Of a stretch of 64,000 bases of DNA, positions 52,101-62,573 are shown piece after piece (position 1 is the first letter of the stretch; every line of letters begins with the position of its first letter). A program made the translations under genes and the position numbers. Source of the DNA: Nageia nagi (taxonomy: Eukaryota > Plantae > Pinophyta). The stretch covers positions 16,740,001 through 16,804,000 of the forward strand of contig JBITNC010000001.1 in NCBI GenBank assembly GCA_050084985.1. The letters are read 5' to 3'. The notes below the pieces were generated by a model, which saw only the letters and a list, made by a program, of their open reading frames with translations, had not been told where the DNA came from and made no database searches.

Positions 52101-52997
52101 TCTCTGTTTTTTCACTTGATTCCCACTTATGAATGTTTTTGGTTTTCAAGTTAATTTCAGGTTTGAACGAATTCAACTGGCTACTATCTTGTGGAGCTGA
52201 TTCCATTTCTTCCTGATGGAAGCTTCCCTCAACCTTCTTAAAATTGAGCCATGTATCCTTTTCCAGAAGTGCAGAAGTAGTTCCAACGGCAAAGAAGAAG
52301 CCATCACCATCCACTGCCATTGTCACACAATGTAATTATATTTTACTAGAAAGAGATGTTCTACATCAATATATATGCAGAGCTGAAAATAATGTCGATC
52401 TGCATCTATAAAAAGAAAGGCTGTTTGGAAACTTCAAATTTTATTGTCTGATGTTCTGGGTGAAATCCTTCATAGATGTTATAATTTGATGTCATAATGT
52501 TTTAGTTTATCATTGCTAGAGGATCAAACCCAGAAGAACTACTAGAAGTACCATGCAACACGGTTCATAAAAACTCAATATAAATGTGTAACTTTCAAAT
52601 CTCCATATTTTAATTCGGTGTGAGATTATGTTTTATTGTGATGTTTTAGCGGACTCCTTCGTAATTGCATTGACAGATATCATGTTCCCATCCCCCCAAA
52701 AGGCTAAAACTACCATGAAATAAAATCCATAAAAAAATATAAATAAATGGCTGCAAAAAAAATTATATTTCAATCAGAATTTTGTACTGAGGGAAAATTA
52801 CAAAAAAAGGAAAATTTTGAATTACCATTATTGTCTATGGGAAAGCTTGCTAGCAGTTCCTGAGACTCATCAATTGGATTCTCAAATGGAGCTAATTTCC
52901 TTCTGTGAAATCGTAGAAGGGCAAAGGTGTTTGCTGCAACAGCTATTATGCCTGCCATGCCAAATAGCTTGGATATATTTAGGAGAAGGACTGCCAT
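19044..52997 (-). CDS. SFR2: SFR2-like (SENSITIVE TO FREEZING 2 / galactolipid galactosyltransferase, GH1) gene, 10 coding exons, about 676 aa: join(complement 52826-52997, 51785-52313, 51538-51676, 51193-51359, 49407-49616, 48910-49093, 48498-48731, 48194-48343, 21099-21210, 19044-19177)
   Basis: Exons are collinear with SFR2: N-terminal anchor ...[54 protein letters not shown]. All nine introns are GT-AG with matching phases. The total of 2031 nt has no internal stop. Confidence 0.88.
20621..21122. repeat. Tandem duplication: about 217-bp unit x2 (20695, 20912) plus an extra 74-bp copy (20621); includes the end of exon 9 and its donor
   Basis: cactaatcat...aagcttcaa occurs three times; ...ccatacgtaccatggc...caagacaaatga occurs twice. 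Confidence 0.9.
21099..21210 (-). CDS. SFR2: SFR2-like coding exon 9 (after the 27-kb intron)
   Basis: [26 protein letters not shown] resembles SFR2 IVKSGKVT..DR..AWNEL; TTTGTAG acceptor at 21211-21212 and GTACGT donor at 21098. Confidence 0.82.
23254..27225 (-). pseudogene. Copia gag-pol polyprotein in one frame with three in-frame stops (27109, 25351, 23536)
   Basis: CSYCGKLGH zinc knuckle, DSGAS protease, [19 protein letters not shown] integrase, YVDDL RT, YTDSDW and ADIFTK RNase H. Confidence 0.93.
27814..28092 (-). pseudogene. TUA: Captured alpha-tubulin fragment (about residues 116-208) inside the Copia leader
   Basis: 93 stop-free codons: [93 protein letters not shown]; no start codon (in-frame TAG 6 codons upstream). 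Confidence 0.95.
30500..33724 (-). pseudogene. Degenerate long ORF (about 1000 codons, many frameshifts), probably a retroelement accessory ORF; family not identified
   Basis: Consecutive same-strand ORF fragments at 33440-33724, 32643-33128, 32388-32636, 31892-32173 and 31048-31260, with a charged/coiled-coil C-terminal region; no gag, PR, RT or IN motifs. Confidence 0.5.
34005..34785. repeat. Array of about 7-8 palindromic units (catg...aaaagacaagattttgtctttttg...catg)
   Basis: Clear cores at about 34191, 34526, 34640 and 34746; degenerate copies at about 34022, 34109, 34263 and 34382. Confidence 0.8.
39202..43952 (+). mobile_element. Ty1/Copia element (Ale/Retrofit-like, short LTRs) with TG...CT termini, nested in the chromovirus pol
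   Basis: LTRs at 39202-39403 and 43748-43952. Perfect TSD ggaac. PBS tggtatcagaac at 39404. PPT gaggaggag at 43739-43747. Confidence 0.96.
39433..43740 (+). pseudogene. Copia gag-pol with several stops and frameshifts
   Basis: [51 protein letters not shown]-terminal IYAPT. Confidence 0.93.
48194..48343 (-). CDS. SFR2: SFR2-like coding exon 8
   Basis: [32 protein letters not shown]...[12 protein letters not shown]; donor GTAAGG at 48193. Confidence 0.88.
48498..48731 (-). CDS. SFR2: SFR2-like coding exon 7 (nucleophile motif ITENG)
   Basis: [29 protein letters not shown]...[14 protein letters not shown]...[12 protein letters not shown]. Confidence 0.92.
48910..49093 (-). CDS. SFR2: SFR2-like coding exon 6
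   Basis: [21 protein letters not shown]...[12 protein letters not shown]; an alternative in-phase acceptor lies 9 nt downstream. Confidence 0.88.
49407..49616 (-). CDS. SFR2: SFR2-like coding exon 5 (acid/base motif TFNEP)
   Basis: [30 protein letters not shown]...[10 protein letters not shown]. Confidence 0.9.
51193..51359 (-). CDS. SFR2: SFR2-like coding exon 4
   Basis: [55 protein letters not shown]. Confidence 0.9.
51538..51676 (-). CDS. SFR2: SFR2-like coding exon 3
   Basis: [46 protein letters not shown]; CAG acceptor and GTGAG donor. Confidence 0.85.
51785..52313 (-). CDS. SFR2: SFR2-like coding exon 2 (FFF motif plus long charged loop)
   Basis: GCAG acceptor at 52314-52315; [22 protein letters not shown]...; donor GTAAGT at 51784. 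Confidence 0.8.
52826..52997 (-). CDS. SFR2: SFR2-like coding exon 1 (membrane anchor)
   Basis: [52 protein letters not shown]; donor GTAAT at 52825. Confidence 0.88.
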
Positions 52998-53385
52998 CTT
53001 GATGATGTATTTGGATTGAAGTTTAGCACAAGAATAAAAGAGATATAATGGTATGATGTTATTAAGTACCAGCCAAGCAACCTAACCTACTTGATTTCGG
53101 TTTTGATTCAAGTATAGATAGATCAATCCAACTGAATACAGGTTCCTTAATTGCTCAAAAATGAAATCCAAGCATAAGCTTGACCCAAGAGCTTTGATGA
53201 CATTATGGGAAAGTAAAGGTACAATTAATTCTATGGGGTGTCGACAATTTCGAGGAAATTTTGATGTCAGGCTTTGTGCGGTAATTTCTCCAAGTAATAT
53301 GTCAGAACCAATTTCCTCATATAACACTCAACAATTTGGCGTCCCTTGAAATTTTCTGCCAAACAAATCAGGTCGATTGGAAACC

Positions 53386-55810
53386 CTGCAAAGAAAAATC
53401 AAATGTTCAACAGTTGAAGACTTTGAACCAGAGTCAAATTGCAGAACTCATTTTCACCAATTCAAGAATCTTCTGTATAAATAACATTGTGAAGTGAGCA
53501 CATAACAATTTTACCCTTGAATGTCACAATTCAATGTTAAGTTATAGTTTCTTTTGAAATTTATCTATTCGAAACTAAATAACAAATAAACATGAATGAA
53601 ATTCAAACTTGATAAACTTAAGACCTTTCTGAAAAGAAATAGGCTAGAAAATTAAAATTTTGTTCTCCTTAAATACAATTAGTTTGCAGGAAATTCAGCT
53701 TTCGAATTGTTTCGCCTTTATTTACACCTTTGGATTATGATACTCCAATTCCTACAAGAAGAATTCATTATTTAGCATATGAAATTCATCACAATATATT
53801 CGAATTTAAGCAAAGAAGAGCAAGAAAAACATAAAAGATGTATTTGAATTGAAATACAACTTATCAGAAATTTCAATCGTTATCAAGCAAAGATGAGGGT
53901 AAAGGAAGTCACAGATAATTTTCAAGTGAAGAGGACAACGAAACAAAAATTTCAGAATCTCTTAAAGATAATGCGTTACTTAAAAACTTTTCAATTTCAT
54001 CTTAGATCATTGTAATTTCTAAAAAACAAATAAAAAAGAATAAAAATTCTCTGTAATAAAAAGATTATGGCTTACAAAAAAAACATTGGACACAAATTTA
54101 TTAAAATTTTGAGCTTCAAATAGAACTTTAGACTCTTAAAAACTCCTGAAATTTCAATTATTTACTTGTTGAGCATTACTTAGGGCAATTTCCTTACGCA
54201 CACTTAAATCCAGTGGCAAAATCAAGTCTTCTATTTGCACAAAAACAAGAATATGCCCGCTATATACAAATTTTGCAGCCGCAACTTGCCATGTCTAGTT
54301 TAAATTTGATCCAAATTTTCAATATTTTGGTCGAGTTTCATCAAAATTTGACAATATTTCACTTATATTCATATCAATTCTCAGTCCATTCAAGTTTTAT
54401 CCACAAAACAGTGCAGAGAGAATCTTTCACCTCTCCAACACTATCTAACAAACTTCATCCCAATTTGGGCAAATATCCCTTTCCTCATAATTAATAAACT
54501 TCTTCCTTATAATTCCTATGCTTCAGCTTAAATCATGAAGCTTTTAAGCAAACACGTCTTTGGTAACAAAAAAATCTAAAACAGTGAACCTCCTCTCATA
54601 AGTTACGCACTTTATCTTAACTCGTGAAGATTTACACACAACAGATTTGAAATACTGAACTCCCTCCTCCTAATTTGAAAATTTTAGCTCAAATTCTATA
54701 GTTGTTTTGAAGATATTTTCTTCTTAGAACTAATCATATTCCTTCTCTTAATTTAAAAACTTTACCTGAAATTATAAATTTTGCATCTTTTCAGCAAATA
54801 TTCACCTGTTCTACAACACACACAAAAACCAAATTATGATGCTTCAAAAAAAAAATCTTTGCTGAACAACTCCTCCAGGAAAAGAATTTAATAAGAAACT
54901 TCATCGTCCTACTCAAATTCCGATTTTGTCAGCAATTCTCCTCTTCTAGAGCTCACACATCAAAGAACAGAATCTCAAATAGTGATCTCCCTGCTCGTAA
55001 CTTTAATACATCACCTTAAATTATGAAGATTTTATAGGACATATCATCTACATACAACCAAATTTTAAGCTAGAATATTTCCTTCTGGTTTAAATTACGA
55101 AGCTTTCTCACAAATAGCATTTCTACAGATGTCATGAAACAAATAAAAAGAGTAAATTTCTGCCTCATAATGTTTTATGTTTAGTTTAAATTTTAATTGT
55201 TTTTCGCAAATATCCACTTGCAACTACTACAACAATAACTTCAAATAACGAATTTCCTCGTCCTCACTTAAATAATTTAAACCTAAATATGATTTTTTTT
55301 CATAAAATGAGAAAAAAAATCTTAAATAATAAGTTTCCCCGTCGAATTACCTACTTCAGTGACTTTATTTGTATACTTTTTAAGTCAAATTAAGAAGGTT
55401 CTTTTTTGCAGTGTTTTGAAATAGCAAACCTCCTCCAAATTTGCATGCTTTATCTCAAATAATGAACTCTGTTTTTTTTTTAAAAAAAAACCGTAAATAC
55501 TTCCACGATATCTCAACAAAAATCTAAAACACGAAACCAATTCTTTCTAAATATAATATACGTAAGCTTGAAACACACAGCGCTTTCAAGAACGTCGTAC
55601 GGCAGAAGAAAAAGTAGAAGAAAACAAACATTCCAGAGCGGTTTTCTTCACGAATCAATTCTGAAAAAATGAATTACTCCGAATTTACTGATCATTTTGC
55701 GAATCTCAGCTCGTATGAAAAAATTCTATTAAAGGTCGAGCAGATCTTCACCAAATTCAACGATTCGACCGTTGATTGATAGCAAATTGTAAGACGATTA
55801 CGAACCTTAC
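53386..55810 (-). other. Probable 5'-UTR intron of the SFR2-like gene (about 2.4 kb)
   Basis: Donor G|GTAAGG at 55810; strong acceptor TTTTTCTTTGCAG at 53386-53387; T-rich on the minus strand; more CpG-rich upstream region at about 55560-56140. Confidence 0.5.
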
Positions 55811-56039
55811 CAATTCCGTGACTTCTGATGCGAAACTTGGACGAATTCTGACGATATTTTTTTGACGTCCTGTGCAATGATTGATCGATCCTTCGTAAAC
55901 TGTGGACAAGGAAGTCCGGTGTTGCCGGCTGAGGCAGTTGCTGTTAGGTGAGACGTCCGTGGGTAACGGGCTGTGGCCGCTAAAATGGATATTGACAAAT
56001 GATAAGGTTAGGGCTGCAATACTTGGATACTCGGAATGA

Positions 56040-56050
56040 TGCCACGTCAG
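56040..56050 (-). promoter_or_regulatory. ABRE/G-box-like element (TGACGTGGC) in the putative SFR2-like promoter
   Basis: gccacgtcag at 56041-56050, about 230 bp upstream of the putative leader exon donor; motif match only. Confidence 0.35.
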
Positions 56051-56529
56051 TATAGGCGGTGTTGGATTTTGACAGGTAGGGAGGAATGGACAAGGAGCAA
56101 AGGGAGGTGGTGCAGAGAATGGAATCGAAGGCGAATAGGATTTTGATAAAAGCCAAAAAAAAAAACTTGTAACGTTTTAAATGTTGGATAAGATTACTAC
56201 AAATATTTTACATATATATTACAAAATTTTCCAATATCAATCTCATGGTATTTATCTTTCTGTTTTATATATCTAATTTGAGTTAGATTATAATTTATTT
56301 CTAAATGTTCGTAAAAAGAAAGATTTGAAGTGGAGAATAAGGAAAGAGCATATTATTTTATTTTTATTAAAAAAATTCTTAATTGTTATTAAAATTTTAA
56401 GATTAATTATACATTTTTTAATTATATTTTTAGTAAGAAATTAACATTTAATTATTGAAATGTTTTCTAAATTAATTATTACAACCAAGTGCAATAGTAC
56501 GCTGTAGAAAAATAATTGATTTATTTGTT

Positions 56530-56760
56530 ATTTCAAAGACCCTTTCAATGTATGTGTTTTCTGCATATACTATGATCGTTGCATTCCATAAACTATGTTT
56601 GCATCATACATCTTATCAAACAATTTATGTGCCTTCTCTAGGCTTCCATATTTTGCATACATGTCAACAAGGGTGTTCACAACCACAACACCTATTTGAC
56701 TACCATGCATCTCCTCAAACAATTCGTGTGCCTTCTTTAAGCTTTCATGTTTTGTATACT
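56530..56760 (-). pseudogene. PLS-class pentatricopeptide repeat (PPR) gene fragment
   Basis: VVVNTLVDMYAKYGSLEKAHKLFDKM followed by a frameshifted WNA..YA motif; only about 2 motifs. Confidence 0.8.
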
Positions 56761-56794
56761 TCGGACACCTTGACACTAGCAAAATCATCGACCT

Positions 56795-56940
56795 AGTCTC
56801 GACACCAGCCAACCTGCCAACCCATCAACCCATTGACACCCACCAACCCACCAGCACCCACCAACCCATCGATACCTGCTAACCCATCGACACCTGCCAA
56901 TCCACATTGTTGACACCCATCGACACCCACTAACCCACCA
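56795..56940. repeat. C/A-rich minisatellite (cacccaccaac / cccatcgacac units)
   Basis: About 12 degenerate units of 9-11 bp. Confidence 0.8.
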
Positions 56941-56994
56941 GTATTAGTCAAACTTTAAGATCTTATACATATACAAAATACTTTAATTATTGCA

Positions 56995-57216
56995 AACTTT
57001 AATTATTACATCTCACAATTAGACTAAAATATTGTACATGTAAAAATTTAAAGTGTGAAAGAGTTGCTTCCCATTATCCAATAGCATAAAATAATATGAT
57101 AAAACTTTCCAAGATTTAATTATTGCATCTCAAAATTATATTAAAATACTTTACATGTACAAATTGAAAGTGTTAAAGAGCAACTTCCCATTATCCAAGA
57201 GCATAAAATAATATGT
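56995..57216. repeat. Degenerate direct duplication of about 105 bp
   Basis: tttaattatt.catctca...cttcccattatccaa.agcataaaataatatg occurs twice. Confidence 0.75.
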
Positions 57217-57374
57217 ATTGCAAATTTGCAAGTAACAAAAGAGTTTACAATTATCAGCATATGTTTTCAACATTTATCTTTTTGTAACTATAACTATGAT
57301 GTTTAGATTGATTCGTTAGAACCAACTATTGTTGAGGCATCATGATATTTGACTAGATGAATTGCATAGGCATC

Positions 57375-58188
57375 TTATGAAACCCAGCCTCCAATATCTT
57401 GCTTAGGCTTGTACTTGTACCAGCTCATCCATAAGAGAAAATTGAAAAAATTTATGAAATTGAGCATAGCAAGCATCCAATAAAACATATTTAGATGTTA
57501 CGATTGAGATTGTTTCCACCAAGCTAACTACGATTGGCTGTGATGCATTTAGTAAATACCCTAATGAGACCAAAGTACATGCAAATGTAGTTGCTATTAA
57601 TATCATTCTGAATATGCTTCGTTGTAGAAGAATTCCAAGAGGCCTACTAAAGTGAAGAGATCTACAATGTCAAAAATAAAGTATTGGATTAATAGCCAAA
57701 ACATACTTATAGGAAGGGTGAAATCACTATTGGTATGTTATCAAGCATTCTGTGATCTCTCACTATATTCTTTCTCTTGACCTCCACCAGAGCTGCAATG
57801 CTCATTGATATGGTTGAAAGCACCAATCCAACTCCAATTCTCTACAGGTGGGTGATCCCCGTCTCATGTCCTGTGAATCTCCATGCAAGTTGAATAAATA
57901 TTCTATCATAGACCAGAGTGATAGTAACCATGAAGAGCAAAGGAATTACATCGATAGAGGGTGATGGAATCTTGAAATATTTTGCCATGTTGGTATCCAT
58001 AGTATAGCCTTGAGATGCTAAGAATGTTTGCAGTTGAGCTAAGCATGTGTTCATCACTATTGTGCTTGCAAATATGGGTATCATTCAAACTAAAACTTTT
58101 GTCTCTTCAACCTAGGTCACTATGCACAATCACCATCCCTTATTTTGTAGTGTTGTATCTATACATATAGCTACTTTTTTCCATAAAT
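57375..58188 (-). pseudogene. NRT1/PTR (NPF4-like) transporter last-exon pseudogene
   Basis: IPIFASTIVMNTCLAQLQTF...YDRIF...TGHETGITHL*RIGVGLVLS..SMSIAALVEVKR; in-frame stop, frameshifts and deletions; AG acceptor at 58189-58190. Confidence 0.88.
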
Positions 58189-59899
58189 CTATTTGAGAAA
58201 CACATCCATCCACTACTCATGTGACACGTGTCCCACATATTATGAACAATTTGTTCATAATGTAAAAATCAAGGACTAAGATTATTTTCATTGCTTGCTA
58301 TGGTTGAGGGGCAATTCACACCATTGATTCAAATACAACCTAATCACTCACCAAAAGGAGATGCTTATGATGTAAAAATGGATCTAAAAGGGGAGAGAGT
58401 TGTAGAAGTGAAAGCATTAGAAATTTGCATCGTAAGGTTTTAAGATCCCATCCAACGTCATATTATCTATTCTTCTCTTAGGAGATTGTGTGGGAATATC
58501 ATATCTACCATCATTGTTTCTCACTCCTTTACTCTACCTGAGGTGGGCTCAGTTTATACTAGTCATACATATTTTGGAGCAATAACTAGATTTTGCATGG
58601 GTATGATTTATTTTAATTTTTTACTCCTTGAAAGAATAATGATACTTAGTCAATTTTGAATATTTCCTATAGTGTTTGATTTTGATGGAGATTCGATAGT
58701 AATGGAGTAGACAAAGTTTTTTGGAATTGTGGTAAAATGAAATAAAATTATACTTACCCATTTTTTGAATGTTTTGCAAAACATTTGATTTTGACAGAGA
58801 TTTGACATTGCAGAGCAAACTGAATTTTGTTGGAATAATGAAAAACTCAAATGTCTACAATTTTCTTCACCATAAGTCCTATCGGTAGTAGTTAACCTTA
58901 TATCATGATGAATCACAATCAGGTTAACCATATGAAATGTTTTAATTTTTGAGATTTGAGTTCTGGCCAATCTAGTTCAAAGTATGATAAAGCAATTCCG
59001 TTGAAACAATATTAATTCCTTTGTATTTGGTTTTGACGGGTTCATCCAAATTTAGATACATGTAAATATAATTAGACTCCCAAAAAACTATGTTTTCTTT
59101 TTGAAAAAATGGTTGTCCTCAGATTCAAGCTTTCAAGTTCCCATCAATCTGGAGGGTGTTAATACACGTGAAAGAATGATTTAAATCTTTTTATGTTTGA
59201 AGATGAGCCATTGATATATAATTAGAGAATGAAATATGATATTTTGCAAATATCTTGTTAGATATAGATATTTTGTAGTTTGTCAGAATATTCTCTTGAA
59301 AGAGAAGCTATATGTAAGACCTTCATTGAAGGAGAAAGGGGTTGGATATAGTAGATATTGCCCTTATTTTATCCTTGCACCATTGATTATGATATGCAAT
59401 TTGCTTCTTGATCTCTTAGCTATGATTTATTTTGCATTGTTCTTAAATCATTGTGTAATATGTTTCTTTGCACTTTGGGGATAATGAAAGTTTATCAATG
59501 GTTAATCTATATCTATAAAGTGCTTTGTAGAATATGGTTACTTGAAATAACATATTCTATTTGGTGGCTATAAAATCAAACTATCTGATCAAACTTAGAT
59601 TCTGCTTTAATGGATGCCTAAGCTGGTTTGGTTATTTGTTTTACTTATTTACAACCCACTACACTAGCATCTTAAGTTTATTTTAGTTTTGCAAGTTTAT
59701 TTCTGCACCTTACCTTTTGATAAATCTTAGTCCGATCTAGATAGGAATTGACGTTCTTCGAAGATTAACTTTTAATTTTAAAGGTCATTCATTAGAATTA
59801 TAGTTGTGTCTTAGATACGTGAGTGCATGTGTAAAATTACCATATCTCAATCAATAGTATTATAATTTATTTTGACACACTTGATGGGATGATATCTTG

Positions 59900-62573
59900 C
59901 TCTATTTCAAATTATGCATGATTATCAAATCATGATGATGACTCTACTTGGTTGAAAAAAGTTTTTATCTCTAAAAAGATTTTACACAAAAAGTGTTCAA
60001 GTTTTGCTTCCTTAATTTTTTTTTGATTGCAAATGAGAACAAGATCAAAAGATAAGAGAGTAAAAGAATTCCTTGGCATTGAAAAGTTAGAAATATTTGT
60101 ATAAACCTCACTAAAAAAATCTAAATCTACTTCATAACTTGTTTATATTTTAAACCCCATCATGTTGAATTTTGTTCCACCTTTTACTTGACATACTATT
60201 ATAATTTTGCTTGTTCAAATAGCTCAGCCACCTCCTTTGCCTCTTGTTTATCCATCCTAGATTGCTTCTGGTGCTTTTGAAGTTCAAAATCCTCATGAAA
60301 TCCTAGTACAAGTTGCTAAAGCTTTACAAAATTGGGATGGCTATGGGAAGAATGCTTATGAGCATTACTAGGATATTACCGATATGACTAAGCAACATAA
60401 TATCATTCATGAAGATGTTATGCTCAAGTTGCTTGCCATTTCCTTCTTTGATAAAGTATTAGATTAGTATATAACTCTACCAGCTAATTCTATCTCTACA
60501 CGGGCTCAATTACTAAACCACTCATTATTGAATTCAATGAGGTTGGAGATCCTTAGTGCCTCTATCTATAAGGCCACATCCTAAAATGGCTTACCTTAAA
60601 GAGTTTACCTCTAATCTAGCTTTAAAAATCTAGATGACAAGAGTCCAAATTTTTTTGGACATATATAAAAGTGTTCTGCAAGCGGAAGCCTATCTTATTT
60701 ATCTAGGAAAGCTTCCTACTAGGCCATTTACACCCATCTCATATGTGATCCCAAATCCTATGCAACCTTTAGTACATATTTATCCTACATCTTTTGTAGT
60801 CTAAACTCTTCATTTACCTCAGTTGCAACTTTTAGTACTGCAACCTCAACTTGCACTAGTTGCATCACAACATTAACTTACTTTACCTACATATTTTCTA
60901 TAATTAGCATAGTTTCACTTGCTTTAAGTAGTAATATGCAACAAGAAAATGAAAATAAGTTAAATATTGATGAACTGTAATCTTTGGTGAAAACTTTGTC
61001 AAATTAAATGATAGTTTATTAGAGCATAAATAAGAGGCATGACTATTATGATAGGAGAGATGATGAAGGCCAACATAAAAGGTACTCCTATCCTACAAAA
61101 GATCAACAACAACAAAGGGATCCATCAAGGACTGATAAGGTATATATGTCTACTAAAGCAAATATTGTTCCTTCAAATCAAGATTGATGTAGAGCTTGCA
61201 ATGATCCACATATACAAAATTCATTTCCAATTTTTTAACATCAAACTAAGTTGGCAACAAATGATGGATTAAGTCCAAACTATTATGTTGAAGAAGGAGC
61301 ATCTAAGGTGAACCTAATGATTTTTACAGAACTTGCAAATTGAGCTATTGAAGTAAGATCTGTAGTGAGATAATTTCATCCTCAAAAGCAGATTTAAGCT
61401 CATCTGGCTAATCCTATTCAATACCCATCTACATTGGTTTCTAAGCTATCATAAAAAGGCACATAGGTGAATTTGTGGCTACTGATAAACAAATACCAAA
61501 AAAATAAGTTCTAGAAAAATAAGCTACTTATCCTTTTGCTTCTTTGGAGGATAAAAAAAGAGAAAGTAGCCAAAAGATTCAGATTCCAATCCTTGACTAG
61601 GTCCCAAAGAGAAGAAGCTACTTAGTCCTATAAGAAAAAATATCCATAAGAGAATTTTTCTTTTATAATTCCATATAATATAGTGGATGAACTGAAGAGA
61701 ATTCCATCAAGAGTATCACTTTTTGATGCATTACATATTCCCAAAAAAATTAACTTATTTAAGGTTGCACTATTTATCCTAAATAAAGGAGATGAAGGTT
61801 GGAATTGCAGTTTGGATGCAGCTGCTAAATTACTAGATATGGAAAAGAATGTACCACCTCTTTTCTATATCACCCTTGAATTATAAGGTCATATTATTTA
61901 TAATTGTATGATAGATTTAGGGGATGCTATGATAATAATACCTAAAAAGGTGTCTGATGTCATTGGCTTTAGTTACACTAGAGATTCCATTGGATTTATT
62001 CAATTAGATGGCACAAATATTAAAACCCTAAGTGTAGTAAAGGATGTCCCAATGAAGCTACATAGATGTTCAAGAGTTTCAATTATCCAAGATATCATAG
62101 TTATTGACCTTACGCCAATGCTTAGTTTATGTTTATCAAGAGAATTTACTTTCAAATTGGGAGGGTATTTAGCTATGGATTATTCCCACATATCAATTCC
62201 TTTTAAGAATAAAATGTTCAATGTTGTAAATGAGCATGTAAAAGGTTTTCTTACTAAAAGACTACCTCAAATTAACATGATAAATGAGTAGAATATGTTG
62301 ACAAATATTATTGAAGAGAAATTAGACTCAGTTTATTTAGTTTTCGAATTAATGATTAATCAAATTCAAAGTAAAAGCATGGGAAATTGTGTCATTATTG
62401 AAGATATTACAAAATTGCCAACCCTAACAATTCAAAAACTAAGGGAAAATGAACTATGACACATGCATTTTGATGGTGCAAAGTTAAAGAATGGAGTTGG
62501 CACAGAAGTAATTTTGAAACTAAGAGATACTCTTTCAAGCTCACATGGAGCTGTACTAATAATACAATAGAGT
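59900..62573 (+). mobile_element. Degenerate Tat-type Gypsy internal region: gag, protease, then archaeal-type RNase H (aRH), cut by a Copia LTR
   Basis: gag remnant HEDVMLKLLAISFFDK at about 60410; protease NCMIDLGD at about 61900; MHFDGA...GVG and CTNNTIE at 62460-62573. Confidence 0.7.

Noticed and set aside
53082-53327. 81-aa upstream ORF in the SFR2-like leader
   Set aside because: GTG start and no recognisable homology; probably 5' UTR sequence.
58200-59850. Possible 5' LTR of the Tat-like element
   Set aside because: Plausible by position, but no second copy, clear terminus or PBS is visible in the window.
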